From the NCBI GenBank assembly GCA_002811645.1, contig PDIP01000012.1, positions 187,635 to 251,634 of the forward strand: 64,000 bases of DNA, in the 5' to 3' direction. Every line of letters begins with the position of its first letter. Within the stretch, counting starts at the first letter, position 1. The notes below the pieces were generated by a model, which saw only the letters and a list, made by a program, of their open reading frames with translations, ran no database searches and was not told the DNA's origin. Below, piece after piece: positions 11,452-22,704 of this stretch. Position numbers and translations under genes: made by a program. The stretch comes from Corallochytrium limacisporum Hawaii (taxonomy: Eukaryota; Protista; Pluriformea).

Positions 11452-13807
11452 CCAACCTCTGCCCCATAAGTTAAGGAGGAATTTAGGTTTATAGGGTCGC
11501 AACCTTCTTTGAATCAAATAAATCGTATCACATTTGATTTCTTCCCCTTCCCGCCCTTTTCCCGCACCCTCTTCACTCGTCCTTTTTGACGACCAGTCGT
11601 TGTGGTACTTCAGATGNNNNNNNNNNNNNNNNNNNNNNNNNNNNNNNNNNNNNNNNNNNNNNNNNNNNNNNNNNNNNNNNNNNNNNNNNNNNNNNNNNNN
11701 NNNNNNNNNNNNNNNNNNNNNNNNNNNNNNNNNNNNNNNNNNNNNNNNNNNNNNNNNNNNNNNNNNNNNNNNNNNNNNNNNNNNNNNNNNNNNNNNNNNN
11801 NNNNNNNNNNNNNNNNNNNNNNNNNNNNNNNNNNNNNNNNNNNNNNNNNNNNNNNNNNNNNNNNNNNNNNNNNNNNNNNNNNNNNNNNNNNNNNNNNNNN
11901 NNNNNNNNNNNNNNNNNNNNNNNNNNNNNNNNNNNNNNNNNNNNNNNNNNNNNNNNNNNNNNNNNNNNNNNNNNNNNNNNNNNNNNNNNNNNNNNNNNNN
12001 NNNNNNNNNNNNNNNNNNNNNNNNNNNNNNNNNNNNNNNNNNNNNNNNNNNNNNNNNNNNNNNNNNNNNNNNNNNNNNNNNNNNNNNNNNNNNNNNNNNN
12101 NNNNNNNNNNNNNNNNNNNNNNNNNNNNNNNNNNNNNNNNNNNNNNNNNNNNNNNNNNNNNNNNNNNNNNNNNNNNNNNNNNNNNNNNNNNNNNNNNNNN
12201 NNNNNNNNNNNNNNNNNNNNNNNNNNNNNNNNNNNNNNNNNNNNNNNNNNNNNNNNNNNNNNNNNNNNNNNNNNNNNNNNNNNNNNNNNNNNNNNNNNNN
12301 NNNNNNNNNNNNNNNNNNNNNNNNNNNNNNNNNNNNNNNNNNNNNNNNNNNNNNNNNNNNNNNNNNNNNNNNNNNNNNNNNNNNNNNNNNNNNNNNNNNN
12401 NNNNNNNNNNNNNNNNNNNNNNNNNNNNNNNNNNNNNNNNNNNNNNNNNNNNNNNNNNNNNNNNNNNNNNNNNNNNNNNNNNNNNNNNNNNNNNNNNNNN
12501 NNNNNNNNNNNNNNNNNNNTTGATGAGAAATGGTTCGATGGCCGCAAAGCGGTGGAGAGAAGATATGTCCCAGGTTCGTATGACGAGGAGCTCATCAGAA
12601 GGGGAAAGAACAAGAAAGCAGGAGGAATTCGTGCTATGTTCATCACCGCCGTTGCGCGACCACGAGAGGTGAAAACGAGAAAAAGGACGAGCATGTGGAG
12701 CACGACAGTGAACGATGAGCACTTCGATGGAAAACTTGCGTTTTATCCATGCGTTGAAGTGAAAGCAGCAGTTCGGAACAGTAGGAATCGTGCAGCGGGA
12801 ACGCCGATTATGGTCAATAAGAACGTAAACCAGGATCTGTATGCTAAATTCATGAGCGAAACACTAATTCCGGCTATTGTGGCGCAGTGGCCAGTGGATT
12901 GGGACAGGGGTCGGAAAATCAGGATCGTTCATGACAATGCACCCTCCCATAGAAAGGTTGAACTTGATGATAGGGTTGTGTGTGCTCTGTTGTGGGCGAG
13001 GACTGTGCGTGGTCTGGAAATTGTGTTCGTGAATCAGCCAGCATGTAGTCCAGACATGAACGTACTGGACAATGGTGTTTTCCGAAGCCTCGACGCCAAT
13101 CGCAATAGACCATATGCAGCAAGTCTCGAGCATGCTGTTGAGAACACCACAAATGATTGGGAAGAATACAACAGCAGTGGTATAAACAAGAGCTTTGATA
13201 CTGTTGGTCTCAATCTAGGGGTTGTGATGGAGAATGGAGGCGAGATCATGCCCCGCATGCGTCATTTCTACAAGGATATGGCTAAGAGACACGGAACTTT
13301 TGAGAAGTTATTCGTAGTCCCTGAGACTGTGATCAAAATTGCGGCGGCAAAGATACTGGAACTGAAAGCTGAAGTTGCAGCTTTGCAGCAAGGGCATGAG
13401 GTCCAGCGAGCGGAAGTTGCCAATTTGCAGCAGGGGTATGAGGCCCAGCAAGCTGAAATTGCCGATTTGCAGCTGGAGCATGAAGTCCAGCGAACTGAAA
13501 TTGCCGATTTGCAAGGTATCGTGCTTGTCATGAAAGATGGTATCAATGATTTACGACAGACAATACGAGGAGACACTGAATCCCAGACGCAGAGTGCCTT
13601 CACTGCAACACCAGCTTGATCGTCACTCACAGTATTGAAGAATTGTTTTGAATCATATAAATCGTACTAATTCAATTATTTGATTTATGTTTTACTGACC
13701 GTGACCTGGAATGGTGTGGAAATGGAGAAAAAATCAGAATCTCCCTCCTTATATTACGGTGCATGTTTTTAGGCAGATTCCTCCTTAACTTATGGGGCAG
13801 AGGTTGG
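11452..13807 (+). mobile_element. Tc1/mariner DNA transposon related to plant-type DD39D mariners; both ends intact
   Basis: Perfect 31-bp TIRs CCAACCTCTGCCCCATAAGTTAAGGAGGAAT (11452-11482 and 13777-13807), TA at 11450-11451 and 13808-13809, and an internal transposase ORF. Confidence 0.95.
12522..13619 (+). CDS. Mariner-like transposase, visible 3' part (5' part lies in the gap; possible ATG at 11614)
   Basis: DEKWF, MFITAVARPR, FDGK, RNSRNRAAGT, LIPAI..QWP, HDNAPSH and QPACSPDMNVLD; no stops in the sequenced part. Confidence 0.93.
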   Translation, partial: DEKWFDGRKAVERRYVPGSYDEELIRRGKNKKAGGIRAMFITAVARPREVKTRKRTSMWSTTVNDEHFDGKLAFYPCVEVKAAVRNSRNRAAGTPIMVNKNVNQDLYAKFMSETLIPAIVAQWPVDWDRGRKIRIVHDNAPSHRKVELDDRVVCALLWARTVRGLEIVFVNQPACSPDMNVLDNGVFRSLDANRNRPYAASLEHAVENTTNDWEEYNSSGINKSFDTVGLNLGVVMENGGEIMPRMRHFYKDMAKRHGTFEKLFVVPETVIKIAAAKILELKAEVAALQQGHEVQRAEVANLQQGYEAQQAEIADLQLEHEVQRTEIADLQGIVLVMKDGINDLRQTIRGDTESQTQSAFTATPA

Positions 13808-14553
13808 TATATGCTTGCTTCAAGCATGTGTTGATCAACCAAATGCCTCAATGAAACGGCATTCCTAAGGGTGCGCAATTGGATAGACTGTCCCTGAGAA
13901 GCTTTGCTACGAAAACACTTGCAAGAGCGGTCCATGCACAAAGGCACACGATCCTTAGAGGTGCCATAACCCGTCGCTGTTAAACGTAGGGCAACCACCC
14001 TGCGTGATGGAATCTCTGGGCTGCAGCATCGAGTTTTTGGGGCGAACAGGGGGGGGAGGGGCTGGGTGGGCAGCGGTTTCTTAGCCGAGCTTGTACCAGA
14101 ACGGTAGTGCCAGTGTTCCCCTTCTTTCCTTTTTCCTGTGGCTCTCCCCACCCCTTCCCTAGCCCCCTGTTTCTGGGCTATTGGTCTCTCCGGTCGCCAC
14201 GCATTTACGGGGCCACAGGGGAAGTGGTGGATCTGGGGACGAACCCTAAGCAGTACATTCACTATGAGAACCTCCGGGATCTCTACTATTTCACTATCAA
14301 ACTCTGAACTCATATACCGGTGTGCACTATTTGGGCGCGAAGAATTTGGGAGGACCTGCTCTCATCCTCCCCCCCGGGGGAGGGGGGTTTGGGAGAGGGT
14401 TTGTGGGTTTGCTGAGGGTCTCACTCGCTGATCTACTGTATTGTTATTTCAGCGGCACTGTGTCGAATAAATGGGCGAGGTTCATGGTGACAGACCTGTA
14501 TTACAGCCATTTGATCACCACATCTTAGTGTGATAAACTTGTAGACGAATAGA

Positions 14554-16362
14554 ATGGGAAAGAAGAAAAAGGGAAAGAAGAAGCAACTCAAGCCAGAAGA
14601 GGTGTTCGAGAAACTGATTGACAACCTACAGAAGCACTATGCGCGGGAAATAAGAAAAGCAGTGAAGGATCAGAATCACTCACTCCTTGATGAGACATTC
14701 TTGACGACCTTTACGGGCACTGATGCTGACAACCCACTTCTACAAACTGTCAAGAATGAAGTATGTCAGCGTCTCGGACTACACTCCTTCTCGGCTTGCG
14801 TGATCTGCAACGCTCAGGTTTGTCTAAATTCTGCCAAGGAAATAAACCAGCCCGTGTCCGCTCCGCAAGTAATTCGAGAGGGAAATTTGGAAATGTCGGA
14901 GTCCGTAAAAGAAGCACAAATCACCGACGAAGCTTTTGAGAAATCATGTATTGCAGACATGGAGGAGGACCGGAAGTCCTTCCCAGCTGACGACTACGAA
15001 AAGAATATTGCCAATGACCCAGATGTGATCCCAGAGCAAGGGGGTCAGAAGAACAGTCCATGCCTAGCGAGCTTTGATCTCTTTAATACTCTTCCGTTCT
15101 TGGGATCTCGAACAGTTGAAAAACTCTCCCTTACACCTACAACGGTTTCATTCAAAGACAACATTGTCGTCTTCTGTAACTTTCATGAGGTGTTTGTTTG
15201 CGAGCTGCGGGAGCAATCTATGTGTCCAATCGCTGCATTGGATCTGCGGAACGACAGCCGCATTGGAAACATTAAGCCAGCAGCCGTCCTGGCCAGTGAT
15301 CCCGCTTGTGTCTATGTCTTCTTGGAGCACCCAACGGCAGAGGGAAGTATATTGTGCTGGATGTTTGACAAAGGTGTCGTAGAGATCAGAAAATTGGCTT
15401 CGATTGAGAAGCCTGATGTGCAAAGCACCATTATTAACATTGTTGAACCGCGGCGAAAGACCAACAGCACTACTGAAGAGGATCGTATGGTGTTCTTGGT
15501 CGTCAAGGACATACCTGATCCGATGTTGAATCCAAGCCGTGAGATGGGATACCGAATTTTGCCTATCAAATGGGGCAACAAACATATGCTGTTCTCCCTT
15601 GAATCCCTTCACGTGCCATGGATGATCAAGAGCATCGAGAAGATTGGTATGGCAGTCCACTCGGATGCTGAACACGCGGTAACAGGAGGCTATGACATTA
15701 CGGAGAGCAATTTCATGTATGCATTTGGTTCGGGCTACCTTGCTGTCTGGCACGTAGAGGGCAATCGAATCACACGCGTCCATGAATTGAATCTGGACCC
15801 CCTAGTGTCATCATATATTCACGGATCTCTGATCAACTTGATGGTCATTCCGAAGGAAGATGATCCTGCAAAAGTACAGGAGCTAGTAGGCCTCGTTGCG
15901 CACAAGGAAGGTGCCGATGTGGTCTTGCTTCCCTGTGTGGCACCGTCGACACCATCAGGAAATCCTGCTGGAAGCCAGGACGCTACCGCGCACTACTCTC
16001 TATTACACTACGTGCGTTGCTGTCCCTGCGACCACAAGAGCCAAGATGCCTACCATGGCCTCCATGTCATCACTATGACACCCCAGTTGGTAATCCTTCA
16101 CTGTCAATCCACCGCCATGGCCTACTTCTACGATGTAAAGCAGAGCATTCCAATCGGGAACGTGCCCCTTGCAAACGACTGTGAGTTGCTGGTGACTGGC
16201 AGTCCGGGCCATCTTGTTGCGCTTTGGGACAATCATTTGCATGTATATAGTTGCCATCATGGCATGACTGATGAGGAACAACAAGCCAATGGCGAGCACA
16301 TGGATACTGATGGTCCCGAAGAGTCCAAGGAACAGATCACGACATCCGTGACCGTGCCATAG
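14554..16362 (+). CDS. Hypothetical 602-aa protein; Lys-rich N-terminus, beta-strand-rich C-terminal region
   Basis: Long intact ORF with protein-like composition; no family recognised. Confidence 0.8.
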   Translation: MGKKKKGKKKQLKPEEVFEKLIDNLQKHYAREIRKAVKDQNHSLLDETFLTTFTGTDADNPLLQTVKNEVCQRLGLHSFSACVICNAQVCLNSAKEINQPVSAPQVIREGNLEMSESVKEAQITDEAFEKSCIADMEEDRKSFPADDYEKNIANDPDVIPEQGGQKNSPCLASFDLFNTLPFLGSRTVEKLSLTPTTVSFKDNIVVFCNFHEVFVCELREQSMCPIAALDLRNDSRIGNIKPAAVLASDPACVYVFLEHPTAEGSILCWMFDKGVVEIRKLASIEKPDVQSTIINIVEPRRKTNSTTEEDRMVFLVVKDIPDPMLNPSREMGYRILPIKWGNKHMLFSLESLHVPWMIKSIEKIGMAVHSDAEHAVTGGYDITESNFMYAFGSGYLAVWHVEGNRITRVHELNLDPLVSSYIHGSLINLMVIPKEDDPAKVQELVGLVAHKEGADVVLLPCVAPSTPSGNPAGSQDATAHYSLLHYVRCCPCDHKSQDAYHGLHVITMTPQLVILHCQSTAMAYFYDVKQSIPIGNVPLANDCELLVTGSPGHLVALWDNHLHVYSCHHGMTDEEQQANGEHMDTDGPEESKEQITTSVTVP

Positions 16363-16417
16363 AGAAAGTGCTTTAAAGAACATATTACATTATTCACACA
16401 TCCTAAAACATTTACCA

Positions 16418-17248
16418 TTACTGCTTCGAGGCTGCTTTCTGTGAAAGCCCTTGGAGATTATAGCGTGCCTTGATGGTATCTACATCCGCTGCTAGTATGC
16501 TGACACATGCCGCAGCCTTCACGATGTGTACGTAAAGCATGTGCCTGGGAGCTTTCAGGTCCACCCTGTGCGGCTTCTCCGGCAGTAGTTTGCCAACCTC
16601 GGCGATGAACTCACCCTTACTGGTTCGCACTGCGTCGTTATTGGCGGTATGCCAGCGGATTGCGTACGTGGTTGGCTCCTTGGCGTCAGCCTTTAGACTC
16701 ACCCAGTGTGGTAGTACATTCGTCCGCGTCAGTCCCACCAGGGTCCGTAGGACGGCCTCGCAGGTCAATTGCACTGGGTAGAGATTACGAATATGCTGAA
16801 TTCCCCGGGTGCCGCTCCGTACCATTTCAATGATCGCCTCACATATGTTGATCGCTTCAGTGCCCTGGCATCGTCCTAAGCTGTAGAATATCGTGCCTGC
16901 CGTGCCTGTGTCGATATACCCTGTGTAGTTTGGTGGTCCTTCCGGATCTTTGACTGCTGCTTTTTCTTCAGCATTTTTCTTAATCGGCTTTATGGCGTCG
17001 GTCGCCAGCAGTTCACTGAGCTCTGTAATGCATTTCGCTTCCCGACCGAGGCCACAGGTCACGAGTATCCCCGAGCACTGGGTTAGTAGACAACTGTGTT
17101 TCTTCAAGTGTGCGCGTTTGAAAGCCCCTCGATGAAAAGGAATTGAGCCGGTGAGTTTGACTCTCTTTGTCAAATTGGATTCTGAAGGATCTGTAGACGA
17201 TTCTTCTTTCCGTTTCCGTCCGGTGGCCTCTTCACTTGACTCTGCCAT
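16418..17248 (-). CDS. THUMPD1: THUMP-domain protein, THUMPD1/Tan1-like (tRNA ac4C adaptor)
   Basis: GILVTCGLGREAKCITE, LYPVQLTC, HRVDLKAPRHMLYVHIVKAAACVSIL and RYNLQ match THUMPD1/Tan1 motifs. Confidence 0.8.
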   Translation of the reverse strand: MAESSEEATGRKRKEESSTDPSESNLTKRVKLTGSIPFHRGAFKRAHLKKHSCLLTQCSGILVTCGLGREAKCITELSELLATDAIKPIKKNAEEKAAVKDPEGPPNYTGYIDTGTAGTIFYSLGRCQGTEAINICEAIIEMVRSGTRGIQHIRNLYPVQLTCEAVLRTLVGLTRTNVLPHWVSLKADAKEPTTYAIRWHTANNDAVRTSKGEFIAEVGKLLPEKPHRVDLKAPRHMLYVHIVKAAACVSILAADVDTIKARYNLQGLSQKAASKQ

Positions 17249-17263
17249 CTTGATGTGTCTTGT

Positions 17264-17361
17264 CTATCAAACGTCAGATGTATGAATGTGCTCTTCTTCC
17301 TGCTTATTCACATCTCGCAGTTGATCTGAACATAGAATTACGTGCAATGTTGAACACATAC
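17264..17361 (-). other. Candidate 5'-UTR intron of the THUMP gene (98 nt)
   Basis: GTATGT at 17361, CTGAC at 17277-17273, TAG ending 17264, 15 nt before the ATG. Confidence 0.6.
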
Positions 17362-18026
17362 GATGGGCGCTTGCTTGTTCGTCAGATCCTAAAATACATT
17401 GGGCAGTGAACTGGCTACTTGTGGCCCGTGTAGGTCCGGGCGTTGGCATAGATCACCCACGAAGCTTCACCCACGGGGAAGGGTAGAGGAATTAGCGGGC
17501 GGAGAGAGGGAGAATATAGGCCCCCATCTGCGTGTGTAATTTGACATACCGTTCCCCAACTTCCGTGAAACCCGGGGTCCCACCCAAACCCTCCTCTCCT
17601 CTCAAGGGCCTTCTTTCCACGCGGGTCTCGCGCGGACCTGGAGCGCACAAAGGGAAAATGAGGCCAGGCCACTCATGCGAGGCGCGAGGACGGTGGGTCT
17701 CATGCGACACTTTCTAATCATCATTTGCAGTTTCATTTGCGGCGTCTGTGGCCACGACCTGATCATGTATCCTTCAATGAAGATGAACTATACTATAATC
17801 CCACAAATCTAGGTACTTCATGACCGCATAAGCCTGTTTCGCTAACAACGCTGCCACCCCTTCTAATGTCCTTACTAGTCTCTACGGGAAATACAATTCT
17901 ACTACTACAGGACACACATGTAGATTTGGTTCGCAAGGTTTTGTTAAGAGATCGTTAATGGCCGGAACAAAGGCATATGAAGAGAAGAGTTTCCGAAAAT
18001 AACTAGTATACATACAACCATTCACC

Positions 18027-20036
18027 ATGGTGCCTAAGAAAACAAACTCGAAGCGAATGAGCACGCGGCAACGCGCAAAGATCGACAAGAAGATCAGGGA
18101 ACACAAGCGCAAGCAGCGTAAGGAGCAGCGGAAAAATCCAAGCATGCATAGGAAGAAGAAGAAAGAGGATCCTGGAATTCCCAACCTCTGGCCTTTCAAG
18201 CAACAGCTGCTCGGTGAGCGCGAGGAAATGAAGCAAAAAATGGAAGAACAGAAGCGCCGACAGATGCAGCAACGAAAGGCCCTGGTTAAGAAATTGAAGG
18301 CTGAGGGAAAAGGTGACATCGACGCACTAGCTGCTGTGGCAGATCGCAAGCGCCGTCTGTTTGATGTGTATAAGGATGGACGCGGCGAGGTCATGGGAGC
18401 GCTCGACCACGATGGAGTCCGCGACAAGGGCGCGGATCGCCTGGCGGCTGTTAGTGAGGGCTCTCGGAAAGCCTTTTTCAAGGAGGTCCGTAAAGTTTTG
18501 GATGCCTGTGATGTCATTCTGGAGGTTCTAGACGCTCGCGACCCTATCGGATGTCGTTGCATTGAGATGGAAGAGATGATTCAGCTCAAGCCGGACAAAA
18601 AGCTCGTAATCATTCTTAATAAGATCGATCTCGTGCCCCGCGAGAGTGTTGAGGGCTGGCTCAAGTACCTACGAAAGTCCTACCCCACCCTGGCTTTCAA
18701 GGCGAACACCCAGGAGCAGAAGACCAACAAGACTAGCAGCAAGGTCAGTCTGGAAAAAGCTAACGACAGTATCTTGAAAGGTGGAGCGGCATTGGGTACC
18801 GATATGCTAATGAAATTACTCAAGAACTACTGCCGCAATGCGGGCATCAAGACCGCTATCAGTGTAGGTGTGATAGGTTACCCCAATGTTGGCAAATCGT
18901 CCCTGATTAATAGTCTGAAGCGCAGCAAGGCTGTGTCGGTGGGTGCCACTCCCGGTGTGACGAAACAGGCTCAGGAGATCTTCCTGGACAAGCATATCAA
19001 GCTCTATGACAGTCCTGGTGTCGTCTTCAGCAGTAACTCCACACGTGGAGGTCGATACACTACGGATGCGGACATTCTTTTGCGCAATGCCGTAAAGATC
19101 GAGCAAATTGAGGATCCTATACCGGCTGTGGAGGTCATCCTGTCCCGATGCAATCGAATGAACATCATGGAACGATACAACATCCCCGAGTACCGTGATG
19201 CCCACAGTTTCCTAGCCCTGATTGCTCGCAAGCGTGGCAAGCTGCGCAAGGGAGGCGTGCCCGACATTGTCGCAGCCGGTAAGTTGATCCTCCAGGACTG
19301 GAATGCTGGTCGCATTCGTTTCTACACCGTCCCACCAGAAGAGGATGAAGAAACTCAGGAGGAGCAGGCTCAGCTCCTAAGGGAAGCCCAGGCCCAGGAG
19401 ACGGCCGTTGCCCAAGACAAGGGTAAGGTCCTTAGCGGTTACTCCAAGGAATTCGACTTGGCCGGTCTGCTAGACGAAGAGGAGGACATTCTTAAGGGAT
19501 TGAAGAGCACACAGGACAAGGACTTTGATGGCATGGTGATGCAGGCTGCGCCTGCCGTGGAAGCTGACAATGCCATGTATGATGAGGACGGTGATGAAGC
19601 CATGTATGACGACGATGACGACGACGATGAAGATGTGGATGACATGGCGGATGAAGATGAAGATGAGATCATGGCACAGAAGCCCAAGAAACGCCAACGC
19701 CTCGCCGAGACCATGCAGATCGACGTCTCTGCCGGCTCCAAGAAGGCCAAGAAGCAAACTGCTCATCGCAACAATGGTACCGCCGCATTGGATGACGAGG
19801 ACGAGGATGCTCTCGAGATCAACCAGCAACGCAACCGCAGCTTGAAGCGCAGTCAGAAAATCGCCAAGCGCGACCGTTCCCGTGCTGCTGCGCGGACCAA
19901 TGTGGTACACCTTTACCAAGACTCAGCCGTTGAAGCCGCTGGCGACTCTGGTATGGTTGGGGAGGATGCGTACGACTTTGGCGTCGACTACGTCGTGATG
20001 GACGACGGCGCTGACAGTGATGGTGACGACTTCTAA
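18027..20036 (+). CDS. GNL3: Nucleolar circularly permuted GTPase GNL3/nucleostemin/Nug1 family
   Basis: Basic N-terminus with KEDPGIPNLWPFK; DARDP; G4 NKIDL preceding G1 GYPNVGKSS; G2 PGVT; G3 DSPG; acidic tail. Confidence 0.93.
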   Translation: MVPKKTNSKRMSTRQRAKIDKKIREHKRKQRKEQRKNPSMHRKKKKEDPGIPNLWPFKQQLLGEREEMKQKMEEQKRRQMQQRKALVKKLKAEGKGDIDALAAVADRKRRLFDVYKDGRGEVMGALDHDGVRDKGADRLAAVSEGSRKAFFKEVRKVLDACDVILEVLDARDPIGCRCIEMEEMIQLKPDKKLVIILNKIDLVPRESVEGWLKYLRKSYPTLAFKANTQEQKTNKTSSKVSLEKANDSILKGGAALGTDMLMKLLKNYCRNAGIKTAISVGVIGYPNVGKSSLINSLKRSKAVSVGATPGVTKQAQEIFLDKHIKLYDSPGVVFSSNSTRGGRYTTDADILLRNAVKIEQIEDPIPAVEVILSRCNRMNIMERYNIPEYRDAHSFLALIARKRGKLRKGGVPDIVAAGKLILQDWNAGRIRFYTVPPEEDEETQEEQAQLLREAQAQETAVAQDKGKVLSGYSKEFDLAGLLDEEEDILKGLKSTQDKDFDGMVMQAAPAVEADNAMYDEDGDEAMYDDDDDDDEDVDDMADEDEDEIMAQKPKKRQRLAETMQIDVSAGSKKAKKQTAHRNNGTAALDDEDEDALEINQQRNRSLKRSQKIAKRDRSRAAARTNVVHLYQDSAVEAAGDSGMVGEDAYDFGVDYVVMDDGADSDGDDF

Positions 20037-20210
20037 GCCTAATACGTAAGAGTGGGATAAAGAATGTTTTGATTTGTTACATGTTACATTGTTTAGTTCT
20101 AAAATACCTTTCGCTTGTGTAGAAGTGATCGTAAACGCATTCCTTGACGAGTAGAACAAATCGGGGTATAAGGCCTCTGTCAGTTGCATCCTTCACTTTC
20201 GCAATGGTAC

Positions 20211-21227
20211 TCACATGACATACCCCATGCCAAAGGTCATCTTGATGCGGTCAAAGAACTGAGCCCTCCAACCTGACCGCGTCTCTTCCTCTTCCGACAT
20301 TGGCACTCCAGTCTGCTTCATGGTCAGCACCGTCCGGTCGTCCAACTGTTTGAAGGTCATGACCACGTTGCTGTGATGGCCCTCGTGCCACGATCCAAGG
20401 CGCCACTGCATGCCAATTTGTTTTCCGGGTTCTAAAGTTGTGAATACACCACTAACGTTGCCATGGAGGAATTTGAACTCACCACCGACCTCATTTTTAA
20501 GCTCTGCAGGTGCCTGGGTATAGGCCTGGATGCGTTCTGGCTCCACGAAGCACTTGTACAGCTCATCTGCAGGCGCACTAAACTCAATCGTCTCTTCGAT
20601 GGTCACCACTGAGCTTACAGTGCTTTTCGCCTTTGTCTTGAGCGGCGATCCCAAAGTCTTTTCGTTCCTCTGAGCGGCAGGAGAGGCACCATTGCTGCCA
20701 GCACTGTCGGCGCCTGCCTTCGGGGTCGGTTTGATCAGTGTCGAACTGTATGACTCCTTCAGTTCCTTCAGCCATTCCGTGATCGCAGACACGACGAGCT
20801 TGGACCCTTCCTTGGCCATCACATCCCGCAGTTTACGTCCTGCTGGAGAAGAATCGGACGTTGAAACTTCGAAATCGACCTCGTCCGGGTCGTTTTCTTC
20901 GCTGAGGTTGGGGATCTTCCAAGTGCCCTTGACTTCATCGTCCCCCAACTTTCCTTTCCATTTCCCGTCAAGGACGAATTCGTAGAAGAAGATGAGCTTA
21001 CCCTTTCGCTGGTTGGCAGTGGCTTCACCGTCAATGGAGTCGATGGTAGAGATCCCTGCAGTGCCAGAGTCACCTTTGTCAATGCTGATGTTGAGCAGCA
21101 CTTCCTTAAGCTTGGATTTGCTCCACGGTGTGCAGTTCTTCTCCGTCCAGTGCCAGTTGTTCACGTTGGTGGCATCGTCACGCTTCTCAACGATCCAGCG
21201 CGAGTCGCCTTCACCCCACTTGGCCAT
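20211..21227 (-). CDS. AHSA1: Activator of Hsp90 ATPase
   Basis: MAKWGEGDSRWIV, NVNNWHWTEKN, NQRKGKLIFFYE, IPNLSEEND and a C-terminal START-like domain. Confidence 0.97.
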   Translation of the reverse strand: MAKWGEGDSRWIVEKRDDATNVNNWHWTEKNCTPWSKSKLKEVLLNISIDKGDSGTAGISTIDSIDGEATANQRKGKLIFFYEFVLDGKWKGKLGDDEVKGTWKIPNLSEENDPDEVDFEVSTSDSSPAGRKLRDVMAKEGSKLVVSAITEWLKELKESYSSTLIKPTPKAGADSAGSNGASPAAQRNEKTLGSPLKTKAKSTVSSVVTIEETIEFSAPADELYKCFVEPERIQAYTQAPAELKNEVGGEFKFLHGNVSGVFTTLEPGKQIGMQWRLGSWHEGHHSNVVMTFKQLDDRTVLTMKQTGVPMSEEEETRSGWRAQFFDRIKMTFGMGYVM

Positions 21228-22704
21228 GTTTGGAAAGTAAGCTAAGCTCGAAGCGCCTAATGAACCGCTCTAAATTGGTTTAACACACAGACCCGACACA
21301 GATAAACACTCGCAATAGAATCCGACGTGCGTTTCATACCTCCTTGCTTACAAACACATTAACAAGTGAAAGCTATGTGACGCAGTGGTCAGCTTGACAA
21401 GGAAACATAAGCGAACAAACGTGTCCTCAAAACGAAGGTCTAACAGAGAGAAAGAAAACACTTGAAGGTCACAAGAAAGCAGACCGTGAACGGCCAGCGG
21501 CAATGTAGTTCAACGTCCGTGTGGGGACCTTGCCCAAGCGGTCCGTCGAAACTTTGTGTTCGCGAACACAAGGCCCTCCCCTTCTGCCCGGTTCATTCGG
21601 TACCAGTCTGACGCACCACACAGCCACTTCCTCGCCTTTCGCAGCAAGCTACAGTAAACCTCCTAGGGCGCTCTTGCCCAGTCGTCGTTCTGCGTTTGAT
21701 CGCATTCGCATGCCGCTGACTGCGAAGTGGTGGTCCTGCATACATAATGTATAGACACCGTTGGTTCACTCCACACCTGTGTGTATGAACTCGAGGACCC
21801 CGGTGGGGAGAAAGTAATTCCGAAACTGTGGCAAAAGGGGGAGGAGGTGAGGCGCCTTGCTCTACTCGGAGAAATAAAAGACGTCCGGATATGAATAAAG
21901 CTGGAACGTGGTGGGAATGGCCGATGTGCCTCGGTCGGAGCACGTTCCGTGTTTAATCTGCACTCAGGTGTCGCAGAATGCGCTACACGAGCATGTTTGT
22001 GTGAGGTCATTCTGGAGCCGGTGAAGGTGACTGGTGACGAGGAGAGCAAAACAATGAGAACTGGCAAACAGTCTTAAGTCGATCAAGTCCATCCTCCCCT
22101 TTGTCGTGGATGGTCCGATCTCCGACAGAACAGGACTTAAAGCAGGCTGGCAAATTGATGTCAATGATCAAGTATTATATATGATGTTATAAAGGCTGGG
22201 ATGCAGCCCACGATGACCGAGATGGGCCTGATTCTGAACCCGTGCATTCTTGACAAACCCGTGCGATGATGGACTTCGCGATCTATGTGTGGCACTCATA
22301 TGGACGGGTTGAAATACACCGATCTAGATACCATCTCGGTATGTCCGTTTGTTTGTTAGTGTCCATGGGACATGTTGGCCTTTCATACCAGACGCAGATG
22401 CTGCACGATGAGACAATGGGTGATAGGAGGAAAACCTTGAGAGTCTGCATGGACCATGGACTCAAGCAGAACCAAAGAACAGAGTCCATGCCATGCGACA
22501 CACACTCCTTCAAAATACCTCCAATCACGTCAAATTCCGCCGCCTCTTGCGTGTTGCGTTTCTGTTTGCTTTCAAGATACAAGATACCCTATTGTATCTT
22601 TTTCTTTATTTCTGGTGGAAACTCGACACGTCTCATATGTGATCAGCGAAGAGAGCACAGAATTCCCTCTTCTATTTTGTTTGGACTACAGAACAGGTCA
22701 CAGT

